DNA of 63,947 nucleotides, the filler included. It is 12 parts of 12 records of this genome, joined end to end, with 100 filler letters (N's around TTAATTAATTAA, not from the genome) between each part and the next. Parts side by side here need not be neighbours in the genome. Positions count along the whole stretch, not along the records: positions 6,691 to 13,204 come from SRR15195285_2079; positions 13,305 to 17,568 come from SRR15195285_2084; positions 17,669 to 24,711 come from SRR15195285_2086; 9 more parts are not named here. One strand, 5' to 3'. Below, piece by piece: positions 11,101 to 21,098 of the stretch; the stretch's first letter is position 1, and every line of letters starts with the position of its first letter. The position numbers and the translations under genes are program-made. Below the pieces are notes generated by a model, which searched no databases, had not been told where the DNA came from, and saw only the letters and a list, made by a program, of their open reading frames with translations.

Positions 11101-11383
11101 CTCCATCCGACCTGCCCTCATAATTCCCAACACCAACTACTGCCTCTCCGCCCACCAGCGCTGCCTGTGAGCCATTCCCCTTTGTCAGTCCACCTGCCTT
11201 GCCTGTCCCACCCACTCTCTCCGTCCCTGGCACCCCATCCACGTCACTCCCTGTTTCGTGCCCCGTCACTGCACCCGTTTTACACTGCCACTCCACTTCG
11301 TCACCGCTCTGCCCTTCCGCACTACCCCGCTTCACTCCTCGCCGTGCAATCCCTGGCGGAAATCGCTGCGCTCCAGGGTGTCC
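8111..11383 (-). CDS. Pol: reverse transcriptase + RNase H + degenerate methyltransferase-like tail, preceded by an acidic N-terminal region
   Basis: RT motifs PIDCVPKK..FRVIHDWR, SLDMKSGYH, LSMG, WYLDD and EWLG. RNase H motifs DAGPEGWG, RELM, SDNQ and DALSR. The frame is open right up to the gag stop. Confidence 0.92.
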   Translation of the reverse strand, partial: GHPGAQRFPPGIARRGVKRGSAEGQSGDEVEWQCKTGAVTGHETGSDVDGVPGTERVGGTGKAGGLTKGNGSQAALVGGEAVVGVGNYEGRSDGEVEMRYKEQLARGVVADTTDMVTDIEVEGGMEVERPSVTTDALVEEQARVGTQRYSDRLTPAYVQDFQRFCQGAVSAADAIDAFEDGTLGQLITCDKQCESVDQFIRQNPPIWEAAGNGETAAERGNSEGSEDEGSDSEGDDEEWSFFDIADPAAYDGDWLTEVGSGSVDEVEEYEDRLRPLRGKRASLHGLADLPTPSEWEQLSLAPEPDEYENPPGCRVSPPFVAGAIHGADPSCGADTPAECAARWRQMVPEMPEMVAKWIEHPSGFQVKMPDLTPVDEPARPVKGAARQHLDDGVKKLLRTRAVRVWGDDDGEPVFVTPIDCVPKKVENDFRVIHDWRTPNRERGLPDRRCRFEGLRHLPAVATRGGRAASLDMKSGYHAIFCGPAKIMCFYARVRPSWLPTGDRVAAGLSAVPIAGESDEFIEVTLTWRALSMGNKLSAWVYTKTMRCLARRWRSQGIDCLWYLDDCIFFTETDGEMEAVLHGGEYQGKVYTGVVNDCKRLGLPLNFEKSVLTPVKVIEWLGYVIDLTRGRIHVSNRKVAEILSLLENEERTLGSFSTARRLAKITGKLMACSRALQPVRLMSRETYALVRCETAAEWDAQLALSPGCVEELVFWARELSRWNAFGRKLLPDRTPCTVRIDGDAGPEGWGARGTWASCSDGGSGVVKESFDAWPPQQACEDQSMRELMCLEESLLAFDRRGVDFSDRVVRAHVEGATARAALDMPPGQAAAMLREGSNGALGGAVIGYGSDNQGVEAMVNSGGSGSLQFNGVVKRIWRWLLARGARLEVQWMSGVHMQASGTDALSRQRWAQACDWTLFRKVALDLRLWVRQWGEPKMIFTREVVSGAAYGENSDERSVPIVFPGGNHIADYIGHLRQRRSRACVLVPRWHGPAMAAVEKFSLAAIQLGPAYAVFRSPAAQRRIPAWPMSAVILDFTGAGERASSQRRVSFDLRPERRVFTVTAEMRAWSTRGRVGSAVRHSESSLTERVV

Positions 11384-13177
11384 CTATATCGGGTGCCCCT
11401 GTCGGTCGATCTTGCCTGCTGCTAGCATCGTGCGGAGCTCCGGACACTCCCACGCAAAATGACCTACTGCCGCGCACCAACGACACTGCAGAGAGTTCGG
11501 CACCGTGCCTCCAACGCCTTGAGACCGCACCTGATCGTCCAGGTAGTTGTTCTCCAGGTGCAGCAGCATCCCTGACTTGCCACGGAGCCTGTTCTGCTGC
11601 CCCCCAGCGTGCACTCCTGGAGGCTGCTGCGGCATCCATGCAGGCAGTACTGCACCTGCTCCTCTGCCCATGGGCGCTGCCTGACCACCAAAACCGCCTG
11701 CCTGGAAACCCGCGGACTGACCACCCCCTGCTTGGAATCCACCGCCTGGGCGACCTCCACCAAAACCGCCCATGCTCCCCCCGCCGCCCTGGAACCTCCC
11801 AAAACCACCTGCCTGGAAACCCGCGTTCTGACCCTGGAAACCACTCCCGCCTTGACCCCAGACCGTCCCACCACCACTGTGCACGTGACCTGCTGGCCCA
11901 TTTCCAAACGTCTTCTCAGCCCGCTTCTTCAAAGACTTTTCCATCTGTTGGTACTCCGTCATCGCCTCCGAACCATACTGTTCTGTGTCGTCCAACTGAG
12001 ACAAAACCCGCAGTCCGTACGCACCATCCCTGGCCGCTACCGAGTACAGCTTGAGCTTCTTACGCTGCGTCGCCAGCTTTTCCGTCAAGCACTTGCCTGG
12101 CGTCCCCCCTGCCGCGCAAATCTCCGCCTCCATATCCTCAGTCTCATTCAACTCTCTCTCCAATGTCATAATCTTGTCCCTCCACGCGGCTTGGTCGGGT
12201 GGCAGCGCAACAGAGGCGAGAGTAGCTGCGGTGGCGCGCGCACGATTTTCGAGTCGCTCCATCTTGGCCTTCGCTTCGCCCGTCATGACGCCACTGCGCC
12301 GCTCCGACGCGTCTAAGATCGCCTTCAGCCGCTGCTCTTGGAGCGATCCGCCGCTGGCGCCACCTGCTGCCGGAGCCCCACCTGCTGGTGACTCCGCGGC
12401 GGCGTCCTCGTCCAGTATGCCGATGACCCGGTGTACTACCGTGCTGATGTCGCCAACCGCCTCCATAGCTTCGTCGTTCTCGACGCCCTGCAGCAGGATC
12501 GCGTGAATGAGCGGCTTGGTCGCCGGAGTGAAACTGCCTGCTGTCAGCAAGCGGCGGCGGGCTGTACGCTGGTCCGGGCCGAGGAGGAACTGTAGCAGCC
12601 GTCGGAAGCGCCGCTCGACTTCCACCTCCTCGTTGTCGTACTTCCGTTTTTCTCCCTTCTCTTGTGCAGCCGGTGCCACGCTGATGTCCTCGTGGTTCGC
12701 ATGCGAGAAGGCCAGGAACTGGCGTAGCATCCAGAGCGTGTAGTTCATCACAGGGGCCACGCCTGTCAAGGCTGCTGGCAGCCCTGCTGGCAGGGCACCC
12801 AGGTCGTTGAGGGCAGCCTTCACCTGCTCGTAGTTCTTGGTGCTGACTACCATCGTCGCTGAGTCCATGCAGCCTATGTCCCAGTCCGCAGGCAACGAAC
12901 CCCAGTCTCCGCCGTCGAGCGCATTCCGGTCAGACTTGACGAGCCACGCCCTCAGCTGCGCCACCGTGCCTGAGGTGTCAAGCCCACGTGCCCGGGTCTC
13001 CAAGAGGAGAGGACCCTTGAGACAGTTCGAGTAGAGCTTGAAGACGCCAGCCACAGGAGCCTGCCCTTTTCGGAAGCCGAGGCCGCGCAGGATGAGGGTA
13101 GTCGGGCCCATGGACGGGAGAGAGCCAGCCGCTCCGATGGCGTGGCCGATGTCGCTGATCGCAGGTTGGGTAGACAT
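11384..13177 (-). CDS. Gag-like protein with CCHC zinc knuckle
   Basis: CRWCAAVGHFAWEC = CX2CX4HX4C (11444-11485), Gly-rich GFQAGG repeats, a coiled coil, and an ATG in an AAAAATG context. Confidence 0.85.
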   Translation of the reverse strand: MSTQPAISDIGHAIGAAGSLPSMGPTTLILRGLGFRKGQAPVAGVFKLYSNCLKGPLLLETRARGLDTSGTVAQLRAWLVKSDRNALDGGDWGSLPADWDIGCMDSATMVVSTKNYEQVKAALNDLGALPAGLPAALTGVAPVMNYTLWMLRQFLAFSHANHEDISVAPAAQEKGEKRKYDNEEVEVERRFRRLLQFLLGPDQRTARRRLLTAGSFTPATKPLIHAILLQGVENDEAMEAVGDISTVVHRVIGILDEDAAAESPAGGAPAAGGASGGSLQEQRLKAILDASERRSGVMTGEAKAKMERLENRARATAATLASVALPPDQAAWRDKIMTLERELNETEDMEAEICAAGGTPGKCLTEKLATQRKKLKLYSVAARDGAYGLRVLSQLDDTEQYGSEAMTEYQQMEKSLKKRAEKTFGNGPAGHVHSGGGTVWGQGGSGFQGQNAGFQAGGFGRFQGGGGSMGGFGGGRPGGGFQAGGGQSAGFQAGGFGGQAAPMGRGAGAVLPAWMPQQPPGVHAGGQQNRLRGKSGMLLHLENNYLDDQVRSQGVGGTVPNSLQCRWCAAVGHFAWECPELRTMLAAGKIDRQGHPI

Positions 13178-13304
13178 TTTTCTTGTAGATGAGGTGGTGT
13201 AGTCNNNNNNNNNNNNNNNNNNNNNNNNNNNNNNNNNNNNNNNNNNNNTTAATTAATTAANNNNNNNNNNNNNNNNNNNNNNNNNNNNNNNNNNNNNNNN
13301 NNNN

Positions 13305-15085
13305 CACCAGCAGCAGCACCAGCAGCAGCACCACTAGCAGCACCAGCACGAGCCAAACATATGCACCACAAAGCAGCTTGCTCCCTCCCTTCATCCTAGA
13401 CGCTCGCTCTCACCGAAGGCGCTCAGGGTGGTTGCAGCGCGCGGCTGCAAGAACCAGTGCCGCCACAGCTGCGCACACATAGCACCCAAGAACGGCAATG
13501 ATGCTGTCCGTGCTGGCGCGATGTTGAAAACTTTCAGGTGAGAGCAGGAAGAAGAGATCCAGTAGGAAAACTAATATGCCGCCAAGGATGAACAGGGCGA
13601 GGGAGAACGCATCAATCCGGGCGTGGTATCGCGCCCCCTGCGTCCACAAACATGATCAAGCAACGTTGAAGAGCAACGAGTAGGTGGAATCAACGGGTGA
13701 GAGAAGGGCCACGTGCGTCTCAAGACAATTTTGCTGTTGCATCGTACATAATGTCTAAGACAGCGTCGCAGCAGAACGACAGAAACCACAGTGCTAGCGT
13801 CGGTGAGATCAAACGCGATGTGCGCAGACGGCAGGACAAGTTTTGGAGAGAGCAGATCGGGATCGGAACCATCTCCTGCTACCGGTGGCCCCGTCTCTGG
13901 CTCTGGCTGTGGCTGCGGCTGTGGCCCTGGCACCTCTGAGTCCAGCGAGTCGAGCTCTGTCGAGGCGATCCCAACCGAGCACAACTCATCGAACAGCTCC
14001 ATCGCCTTGGCGCGACGATTGTACGAGTGCAGTGAAAGGCGATGGTACCCACACATCAGCCAAATGTACGAGAAAGGTCCCCATATCTGGCAGAAGGCAA
14101 GAAGTTTGGGGCCCCAAGACATCCCACCACCAAACGCAGGCAAACCAGTGGCAGCACGAGCGACGGCCGGAAGAAACGGAAGCGCTATCCCAGTCAGCAG
14201 GGCGATTGGTGTAGCGCTCGCAGCGAGTGGCTTGCCGTAGCATCGCATTGCGATCATCAGCCCCAGCTCGTGCGCCGTCATCGTCGTTCCAGAGGGGCTT
14301 CCCGGCTCGGTATCCGAAAGTCGTAGCTGTAGTGGGCAGCGACGCAGATCGACATCGACCATCCACATGGCAGTGTCGATCTCCTGTTCTATGATATCGA
14401 ACCCAGGTGCTCGCGGAGTCGCCCATCCACCTAGAAAGATGCCTTTCGCAAGCTGCACTGGTCCGTACTGCTTCGAGTACTGCGCCACAATCTCTGACGC
14501 CGGCAGGTAGCCGTACTTCACCGCTACTACAAAATGGCGCATCAGGACGACCAGCCACATCACAAAAAGCTCCCACGGATCAAACAGCTTCTGCGCGTCG
14601 GCGTCGTGGTACCAGATCACGATTCCGCAGACCATGCACCAGTTTGGCAGCAAGTAGAGGAGGACCTGGACGGGAAGGGGCACTAGCGCGCCCTTCCATG
14701 TTGTCAGGTACAGCATGCGATTCCGCGCGAGCGTCAGTGCGGCCCCAAGGCTGCGCTGCCCAAGGACGCACTCGACGAACAAGATTACTGGGAGCGAGCC
14801 ATACATCGGCAACGCCTCGTAGAGGAAAGTCTTTGCGCACTGCGCCATGCTGAACACTATCTCCTCCGACCGCCGCTCCCCTACTCCCCCTCCTCGCAAA
14901 CCCTCCTCATCATCGCCGAGGTTTGTTGCCAACGGAGCAACGGAAGCGTCGGACTTGATTGGTGCGTGCTCGCGCCGGGCCTGTGGCCGGCGTCGCCTCA
15001 GGCCGTGTGGCCCGGCGATGCTCGAAAGTCTGATGCTATTGCTGCTGCTGCTGCTGGGAGAGCAGGAGGGCGGCGGTGGCGCCAT
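13305..15085 (-). CDS. Uncharacterised multi-pass membrane protein (3' truncated by contig end)
   Basis: A long ORF with several hydrophobic segments. A probable intron near 13640-13745 leads into a further TM exon (GARYHARIDAFSLALFILGG). Confidence 0.6.
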
Positions 15086-15436
15086 CCGGAGAGGGCAGCC
15101 CAGCACAGCAGCCAGCCAGCAGCTCGGAGTCAGCTAGCAGCGGTAGCGATCGAGGGAGGCGGTCCGTCCGCACCGCGCGCGTGCAGCCGTGCACGCAGCG
15201 ATAAGGCCCGCGCGGCGGCGGGGCTGACGTCAGCCTAGGCACGAGGCAGGGTTCCGTTATCAATCGGCAATCGCCAACAACCGCGCAGGCGTCGGTGATT
15301 CCTGAATTGTCAGTGACATTTTACGCGACACCCCGGCGCTTCAAGCCGCGGACGCCGCGAGTTCAGAATTTGTGACAAGGAATACAACTGCCCCCCCGCG
15401 GGCATTGCCATTTGGAAGCAGAGTATCAATCCGTGA

Positions 15437-15578
15437 GTACAGTACAGCTGTCCGTAGTCGAGGGGGTACGCACGGGGTACAGTCCGCGTACCGCCGCGCC
15501 CGGCGCGCCGGTACGTTCCAACGCACGTCGATCCTCAGTGTACTACTAGTACTAGATCTAGTACAGCTGTACACGTAC
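15437..15578. promoter_or_regulatory. GTAC-dense divergent intergenic region (putative promoter)
   Basis: 11 GTAC in about 145 bp between two divergently oriented genes. The function is inferred. Confidence 0.45.
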
Positions 15579-15621
15579 AGAGGGGCGCGCGGTTGCGCGC
15601 GGTGCAACGCCGGCCAGGGCG

Positions 15622-17235
15622 ATGGGGCGGCTGCGCGGTGCAATGACGGCCGTTTTGTGGGCGGTGCTTTGCGCGAGCCCACTCGTGGACGGCTTGCCGC
15701 AGCGGCAGGAGGTGGCGCGTCGGGGGCTGCATTACAGCGCTACGTGTACTGGTGGGAGCGCTTGCAGCGCGGTGGTTCTGAGCGATATTGACGGGGATGC
15801 GGGTGGGTTTTGCGCGCTCGCTGCTGCCGTCGATGAGCCGTCTCGCTCCCCTCCCCCTTGCCCCCCCCCCGTCCGTCAGCTAAACTCCGCCACGCCCGAT
15901 GTGCCCGCAGATCGCGCTGCGTGCGAGGCTGCAGGCGCTTGCACATACAACGCCGACCCGGAAACTCCGCCGGACAGCACTTGCCCGGAGATCAACCTGC
16001 TCCTGTGGTGCGGGAAGGCGCGCCGTGCTAGCCGCGGCAACTGTGCTCTTTGTGTCTCAATTAAGGACGATCTTGCCGGCTGCACGGAAGCGGACACCGA
16101 TGCTTTCTGCGCAAAGCGCGACCCGTGCGATGGCTTCGACTGCGGGGACCATGGGACGTGCAGATACGAGTCTCTCAGCGAGGTTGGCCACTGCGAATGC
16201 CGCGATGGCTGGACTGGCGACCACTGCGAAGAAGATGGCTCCGACATGTTCATTCCCTGCTGCAACAGCTGCGGCATGTACTGTCCGCGCGGGCGGCGCA
16301 CTCCACAGGCTTGCACGGCGATCGACGGGGCGAGCTTCTTCGATGCCGAGCGCTGTGACCACGTGACTCGCCCGCCCGCCGGGGACGACGAACACGACGT
16401 GAACGGAGGCAGGGACGACAGCCAAGACGTACTGGGACTTTGGGGCAACGACCCGGTCGCTGACCGCACAAAGTGCGAAGGGGTCATTCAGATCGATCCA
16501 GATTCGAAGTACGTCTGTGACGACGCCACGGAGGAGATCAATCCAGACCACAGCGGTGATATCTCCTGGCCACCTGGCGTCCCGTGCGAGGATCAGACCG
16601 GATCAACCGGCGACGTCGATTGTGCCACCGTCGTTGCCCTGTATGGCTGCAATTTTGACGTGCCGCCTGCCAGCCCGGGCAGCGAGGATGCCACGGGCGT
16701 TCCTGGAGACCCTGATTTCTCGGGCCTCATCGCGGACGATCTCTGCCCCCGCAGCTGCGGCCGGTGTCCATCCGAGTTTGAAAGGACTACCCCGAAATGC
16801 CAAGACTGCCAAGAATGCTACTTCCACAGCGATAGTGGCTGTAGCGCAGACTCCTGCGAGTTCTGCGACAAGTGTCCACACTTTCTGTCTCTAGACGGGG
16901 CACAACAAGATGATGGACGCTTCACACATGGGCAGCCCACGTGTACCTTCACCCCTGCGGGTCAGGGCACCTGCCAGCCAGCCACCGCTATCGAGGATCC
17001 ACATGACTGCATCCGCCACTGCGCTCAAGCTGGTGCGCATGTCGACCCTCGTCACCCTGGCTTCGGCCTCGCGTTCTGCGCGTCAGGCTACGATGCGATT
17101 ACAGGCTGCCAGTGTGACGAGACGCCACAAGGCAGGTGTTCGCTCGGTGCAGTTAACGGCGTTCCCAATATTGACAGGGAGAACGGCCCAATCGAGATAC
17201 AAGACGAGGGCTGCGATATCCTACCCGGCCACTGA
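15622..17235 (+). CDS. Secreted cysteine-rich protein with EGF-like and ShKT-like modules
   Basis: Signal-peptide-like N-terminus, EGF motif CDGFDCGDHGTC...CECRDGWTGDHC and ShK-like CED...DC...GC...LCPRSCGRC. Confidence 0.7.
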   Translation: MGRLRGAMTAVLWAVLCASPLVDGLPQRQEVARRGLHYSATCTGGSACSAVVLSDIDGDAGGFCALAAAVDEPSRSPPPCPPPVRQLNSATPDVPADRAACEAAGACTYNADPETPPDSTCPEINLLLWCGKARRASRGNCALCVSIKDDLAGCTEADTDAFCAKRDPCDGFDCGDHGTCRYESLSEVGHCECRDGWTGDHCEEDGSDMFIPCCNSCGMYCPRGRRTPQACTAIDGASFFDAERCDHVTRPPAGDDEHDVNGGRDDSQDVLGLWGNDPVADRTKCEGVIQIDPDSKYVCDDATEEINPDHSGDISWPPGVPCEDQTGSTGDVDCATVVALYGCNFDVPPASPGSEDATGVPGDPDFSGLIADDLCPRSCGRCPSEFERTTPKCQDCQECYFHSDSGCSADSCEFCDKCPHFLSLDGAQQDDGRFTHGQPTCTFTPAGQGTCQPATAIEDPHDCIRHCAQAGAHVDPRHPGFGLAFCASGYDAITGCQCDETPQGRCSLGAVNGVPNIDRENGPIEIQDEGCDILPGH

Positions 17236-17756
17236 ATCAACTGCGTCACGATGTAGCACCGTAGCCTGTAGCTAGCTCTGCAGATATACCGTACCTGCAG
17301 CCGTGACCGTGGCAAGACAAGTCAGCCACTGCCTCAGGGCAAACGGCTGGCGGGTTTTGTTTGTAAATAGCAATGTGCATACAGTAGAGATCGGGTCTCC
17401 TCATCCTCTAGCGCGTGGTCCGTGTACTCACACAACGCTTCAATATCGACCCCAGTTCTTCGGTCGGCCGTGCTTAATCGCTTCGTAGAGCTCCGAAAAT
17501 GACAAGCGGTCATGCCTGTCTAGCTGTAAATTCACACCGCTAGTGTGAATCAATCACATTCGGTCAAANNNNNNNNNNNNNNNNNNNNNNNNNNNNNNNN
17601 NNNNNNNNNNNNTTAATTAATTAANNNNNNNNNNNNNNNNNNNNNNNNNNNNNNNNNNNNNNNNNNNNCCTCCTCGTCGTCCTCCTCCTCCTCCTCCTGC
17701 TCCTCCCCCTTCTACTACTGCTGCTGCTGCAACTGCCACGCTACTATGCGCCTCAG

Positions 17757-18883
17757 TCAACGACGGTTTTGGTGGTGGTGACGAGATAACTGAGGTAAGT
17801 AAGCGGCTCGAGTAGCAATCAACCAGCTGTCGTGACGTTGACGCCTGAAACATTGGTGCACTGAATTCACGTTGATCCGCGTCCGCTCGCAGAACCTCGT
17901 GCTGAACATGGTACGAGAGAGCAAAGATCAGTGCGTAGCCTCTTTATTGGTGTCGGGAATCGATCTACCTATCTTGAGGCACAGATCAGAGTCTCACAAG
18001 CTATTCTGCCTCTCTGTTGATCAGCGGGCCTTGGAATAGCTGGGATCGTGTTCCGTACATTACGACGCTGCGCAACGGCAGTGCCAGCACAGTGCCAGCT
18101 GACCGCCAAATTCATCACAACTTCATCATTGCGAATTACAACAGCGAAGGCGCCATCGATACAGACGACGGTTCTGCATATTACTCGGTGTACGACAACT
18201 TTTTTGCGTGAGTGTCTTTGCTGTAGCACTCTGGATGATCGCTTCGAGACACTGTAGGTAGCGCTAGTAGGGAAGCAGTCACTAGTACTTTGGTGGCTGA
18301 TTGTACGCCATGTCGACAGTATGGGTGCTAATGGTCTCAAGTCTGATTTCGGCGGGCATGACAACAAGCATCACCAGAATATCTACGCGTATGTTTCTGT
18401 GTGTTTTGGCGCACCGATGCCGTTCCGGTACTTTCATGGCTTTAACGATGCCTTCGTAAACAACACGTGTGCGTTTGAACGCCCTCCGCGCCCTCTTTAT
18501 GCAATGTTCTTGAATGAGGCACAGTGCTGCATGCTCACGGCTGGATGCATATGTGCTTTCTGCAACGTTGCAAATTCCACAATCCGCCCACAGGCATAGC
18601 AGTGGGCCAGGGACTAGGGGTCGGAGTGTACTCAAGCGACTGCTTGCTTGACCAGTCGTGGGACGTGAGCCAGAACCGTATCTTCACACAGACGGGCCAA
18701 GCGGAGATCTGTGGAAAGCCATGGGTTGAGTGGTATTCGCCCAGCAACTACACTGGGCGGGACTACAATTCGAGCCTCGGAAAGTGGCCAACAGATATGG
18801 AGTTGTTGGGATGGGTTGAGTCACTCCTGGACTTTCACGTCAACAGCAGTTACAGAGCTAGCACTAGTGCTAGTGTCAGCTAG
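17757..18883 (+). CDS. Right-handed beta-helix domain protein, C-terminal exons (5' truncated)
   Basis: Spliced peptide NDGFGGGDEITE/NLVLNMVRESKD/GPWNSWDRVPY...HHNFIIANY..AIDTDDGSAYY.VYDNF/YGANGLKSDFGGHDN. Several short GT-AG introns. Confidence 0.6.
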
Positions 18884-19059
18884 AGGTAGTGTCGCAACGC
18901 ATGAAATGAACGGTGGCCATTCGTGCGGCGGTTTTCTTTTGCAAATCGTGACACAATCGTGACACAAGGGCGAGGTTGGCACAAACTTGCATCGAATTGA
19001 GATATACTGATGCAGTAGTCATTGAACTGCAACTGTCATTGTGTACAAGTCAGCGCAAG

Positions 19060-21098
19060 TCACGCTCCCTGCCGTGCGCCCATTGCCTTAGCCACAGAAA
19101 TGTCCACGTGTTTACGCAGTATTGCCGCCACTTCAATGTGGCCTTCGTGAGGCTGTGCCTGCCCGTTCGGATTACTCCGGGTGGTCGCCTCGTGCCATGG
19201 TGTGCGGCCCCAGCGGTCCATCGCGCTTGGATCCGCGCCAGCAGTAAGGAGCATTGAAGCAATATGTGCGTCGCCTAAAGCAGCCGCAACATGCAGAGGG
19301 GTAGTGCTGCTGTGGTCGGCAACACAAACGTTGGCGCGAGCCGCTATGTAGCAGGCCAATCCATCCTTATCTGACGACTTGACCAACGAGCACATAATCC
19401 CAGCGAGCCGAAGGTCAGACAGCGTCAGCCTTGCACCAGCATTGACTAACAACTTTACAACTTCGCGGTGGCGAAATTTGCAGGCATTTGCTAGCGGGGT
19501 ATTGTCGTTGCGATCGAGCGGACAGAGATCCAGGGCATGCTCCGGTTGCAGCAGGTACGTGATAACGCCCAATCTTCCCTCAGAAGCTGCCAGATGGAGT
19601 GGAGTGCGGCCATCGTAGTCACGAGCAGTCCGTAAAATGTGAACACCGCCATCATTGATCATGCTAATGATAGATTCTTTGTCGCCGATTCCAGCTGCTG
19701 CGCAGAGCAGTGTTGGCATCAGCGCCCGCCGCAGTGCTACGAGGCCTGTCTTGCTCCCACCGATCGGCTGAATCGCGTCTCCCCAGGCTGGCTCGCGTTC
19801 ATGGATGGCCGAGAACACTGCCCTGCAACAACACAGCAGTGGAATTGCGTTCAAAGATTTTCAGCCACGAAACTGCAAGTCGATTTATAATTCCAGTGGA
19901 TGTCAGAGTGATGCCTAACACACCGCAGAAAACCACCATCGCCGAGCGAGAAACGCTGAGTCCGCCGGTCAGTGAGTTCTCCGCAAAGGTCTGTTCGCAT
20001 CATCTTTCGGACCTGCTCAGCGTTGAGACCACATCCAAGCAACCACCCAAGCTTAACCAGCGCTGCCTCTGGGGTCATGTCTCCCCCTGGTATCACGCCC
20101 GCGGTTTCAAGTGATTGCCCAGTTGCGTAATGTGGCTCTACCGTTCCTGAGCTGCACTGTGTCACGTTAACAATCACAACTCCTCGATCACTCGCCTCGC
20201 GCAGAGCTTGTAAAAAATCTGGATCGCGATCAGGTGCATTGCCAGCTCCAAAGGTTTGGAGTATTGCTCCTCGCAATGGTGGCCTCAGCGTGTTGCGAAG
20301 CGTGGTAAAAGGTCCAGGGAAAACCCGAATTATCACAAGATTAGTCTCGAACTCCGGCTTCAGCCGCAGCCGCCCTGGGGACGCTGGACGCACAAGATCC
20401 CATCGCACAGAGCAGGTGACACCAAGGGTTGCGAGCGGTGACATGTTTGGTGACTTGAAAGCATGCAGCCCGCTGGCATCAACTTTTGAGGCTCTATTGC
20501 CTCGATAAAGCTCATCAGCGAAGTACAGAGTCACTTCTGGGATGTTGAATGTCCCGGCAATGAGCAGGGCGCCTAGAAAATTTGAGATGCCATCTGACCG
20601 GGATCTCGACAGCGGTATTTGCGAACCAGTAACCACAACAGTTTTCCCCAGATTTTGCAGCATGAAGGAGAGCGCCGAGCAGGTGAACGCCATGGTATCT
20701 GTACCGTGGAGGACGACAAAGGCGTCCCATTTGCTGTATCGTGCGTCGATGTCGGATGCGATGCGTACCCAGTCCACATGTGTCATGTTCGACGAATCCA
20801 GGAGAGGGTCGTAGTCGATAATCTGAAAGCTGGTGCGCGTGCCAAACTCGCCCAAGGGTGTTACCATCATGTGGTCTTCGAATTCCTGCTCTGCAGCAGG
20901 CTGGCTAGTAGTAGACAGCTGCTTCGCGAACGCTGAGTCGTGGATCATCGGAACAGAGCGGCAGATGTCAGTGAGGAAGCCCGGCGGTCCACATGCACAC
21001 CCGTGTGGTGTGTCCTGCATACCAATCGTGCCGCCAGTGTTCAGAACCAGTACGCGCCGCATCCTAGTATGCGCCAGCGCCAGCTCTGTCGCCGACAT
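19060..21098 (-). CDS. ASPG: L-asparaginase type I with C-terminal ankyrin repeats (60-kDa lysophospholipase type)
   Basis: Motifs TGGTIGM, LDSSNM, HGTDTM, TGSQIP and GAGNAP. An intron at 19823-19923 (GT..AG) joins the ankyrin exon (DYDGRTPLHLAA, DRWGRTP). Confidence 0.92.

Larger units (their letters stand above)
6691..13204 (-). mobile_element. DIRS-type (tyrosine recombinase) retrotransposon: gag - RT/RNase H/MT-like - YR
   Basis: Three intronless co-oriented ORFs fill the contig: a CCHC gag, an RT-RH and a tyrosine recombinase. No protease or DDE integrase is seen, as is typical for DIRS-group elements. Confidence 0.93.

Noticed and set aside
10861-12054. 397-aa antisense ORF across the gag-pol junction
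   Set aside because: It has a TTG start and a Pro/Ser/His-rich composition, as expected for the shadow of a purine-rich GC-rich coding strand, and no domain motifs.
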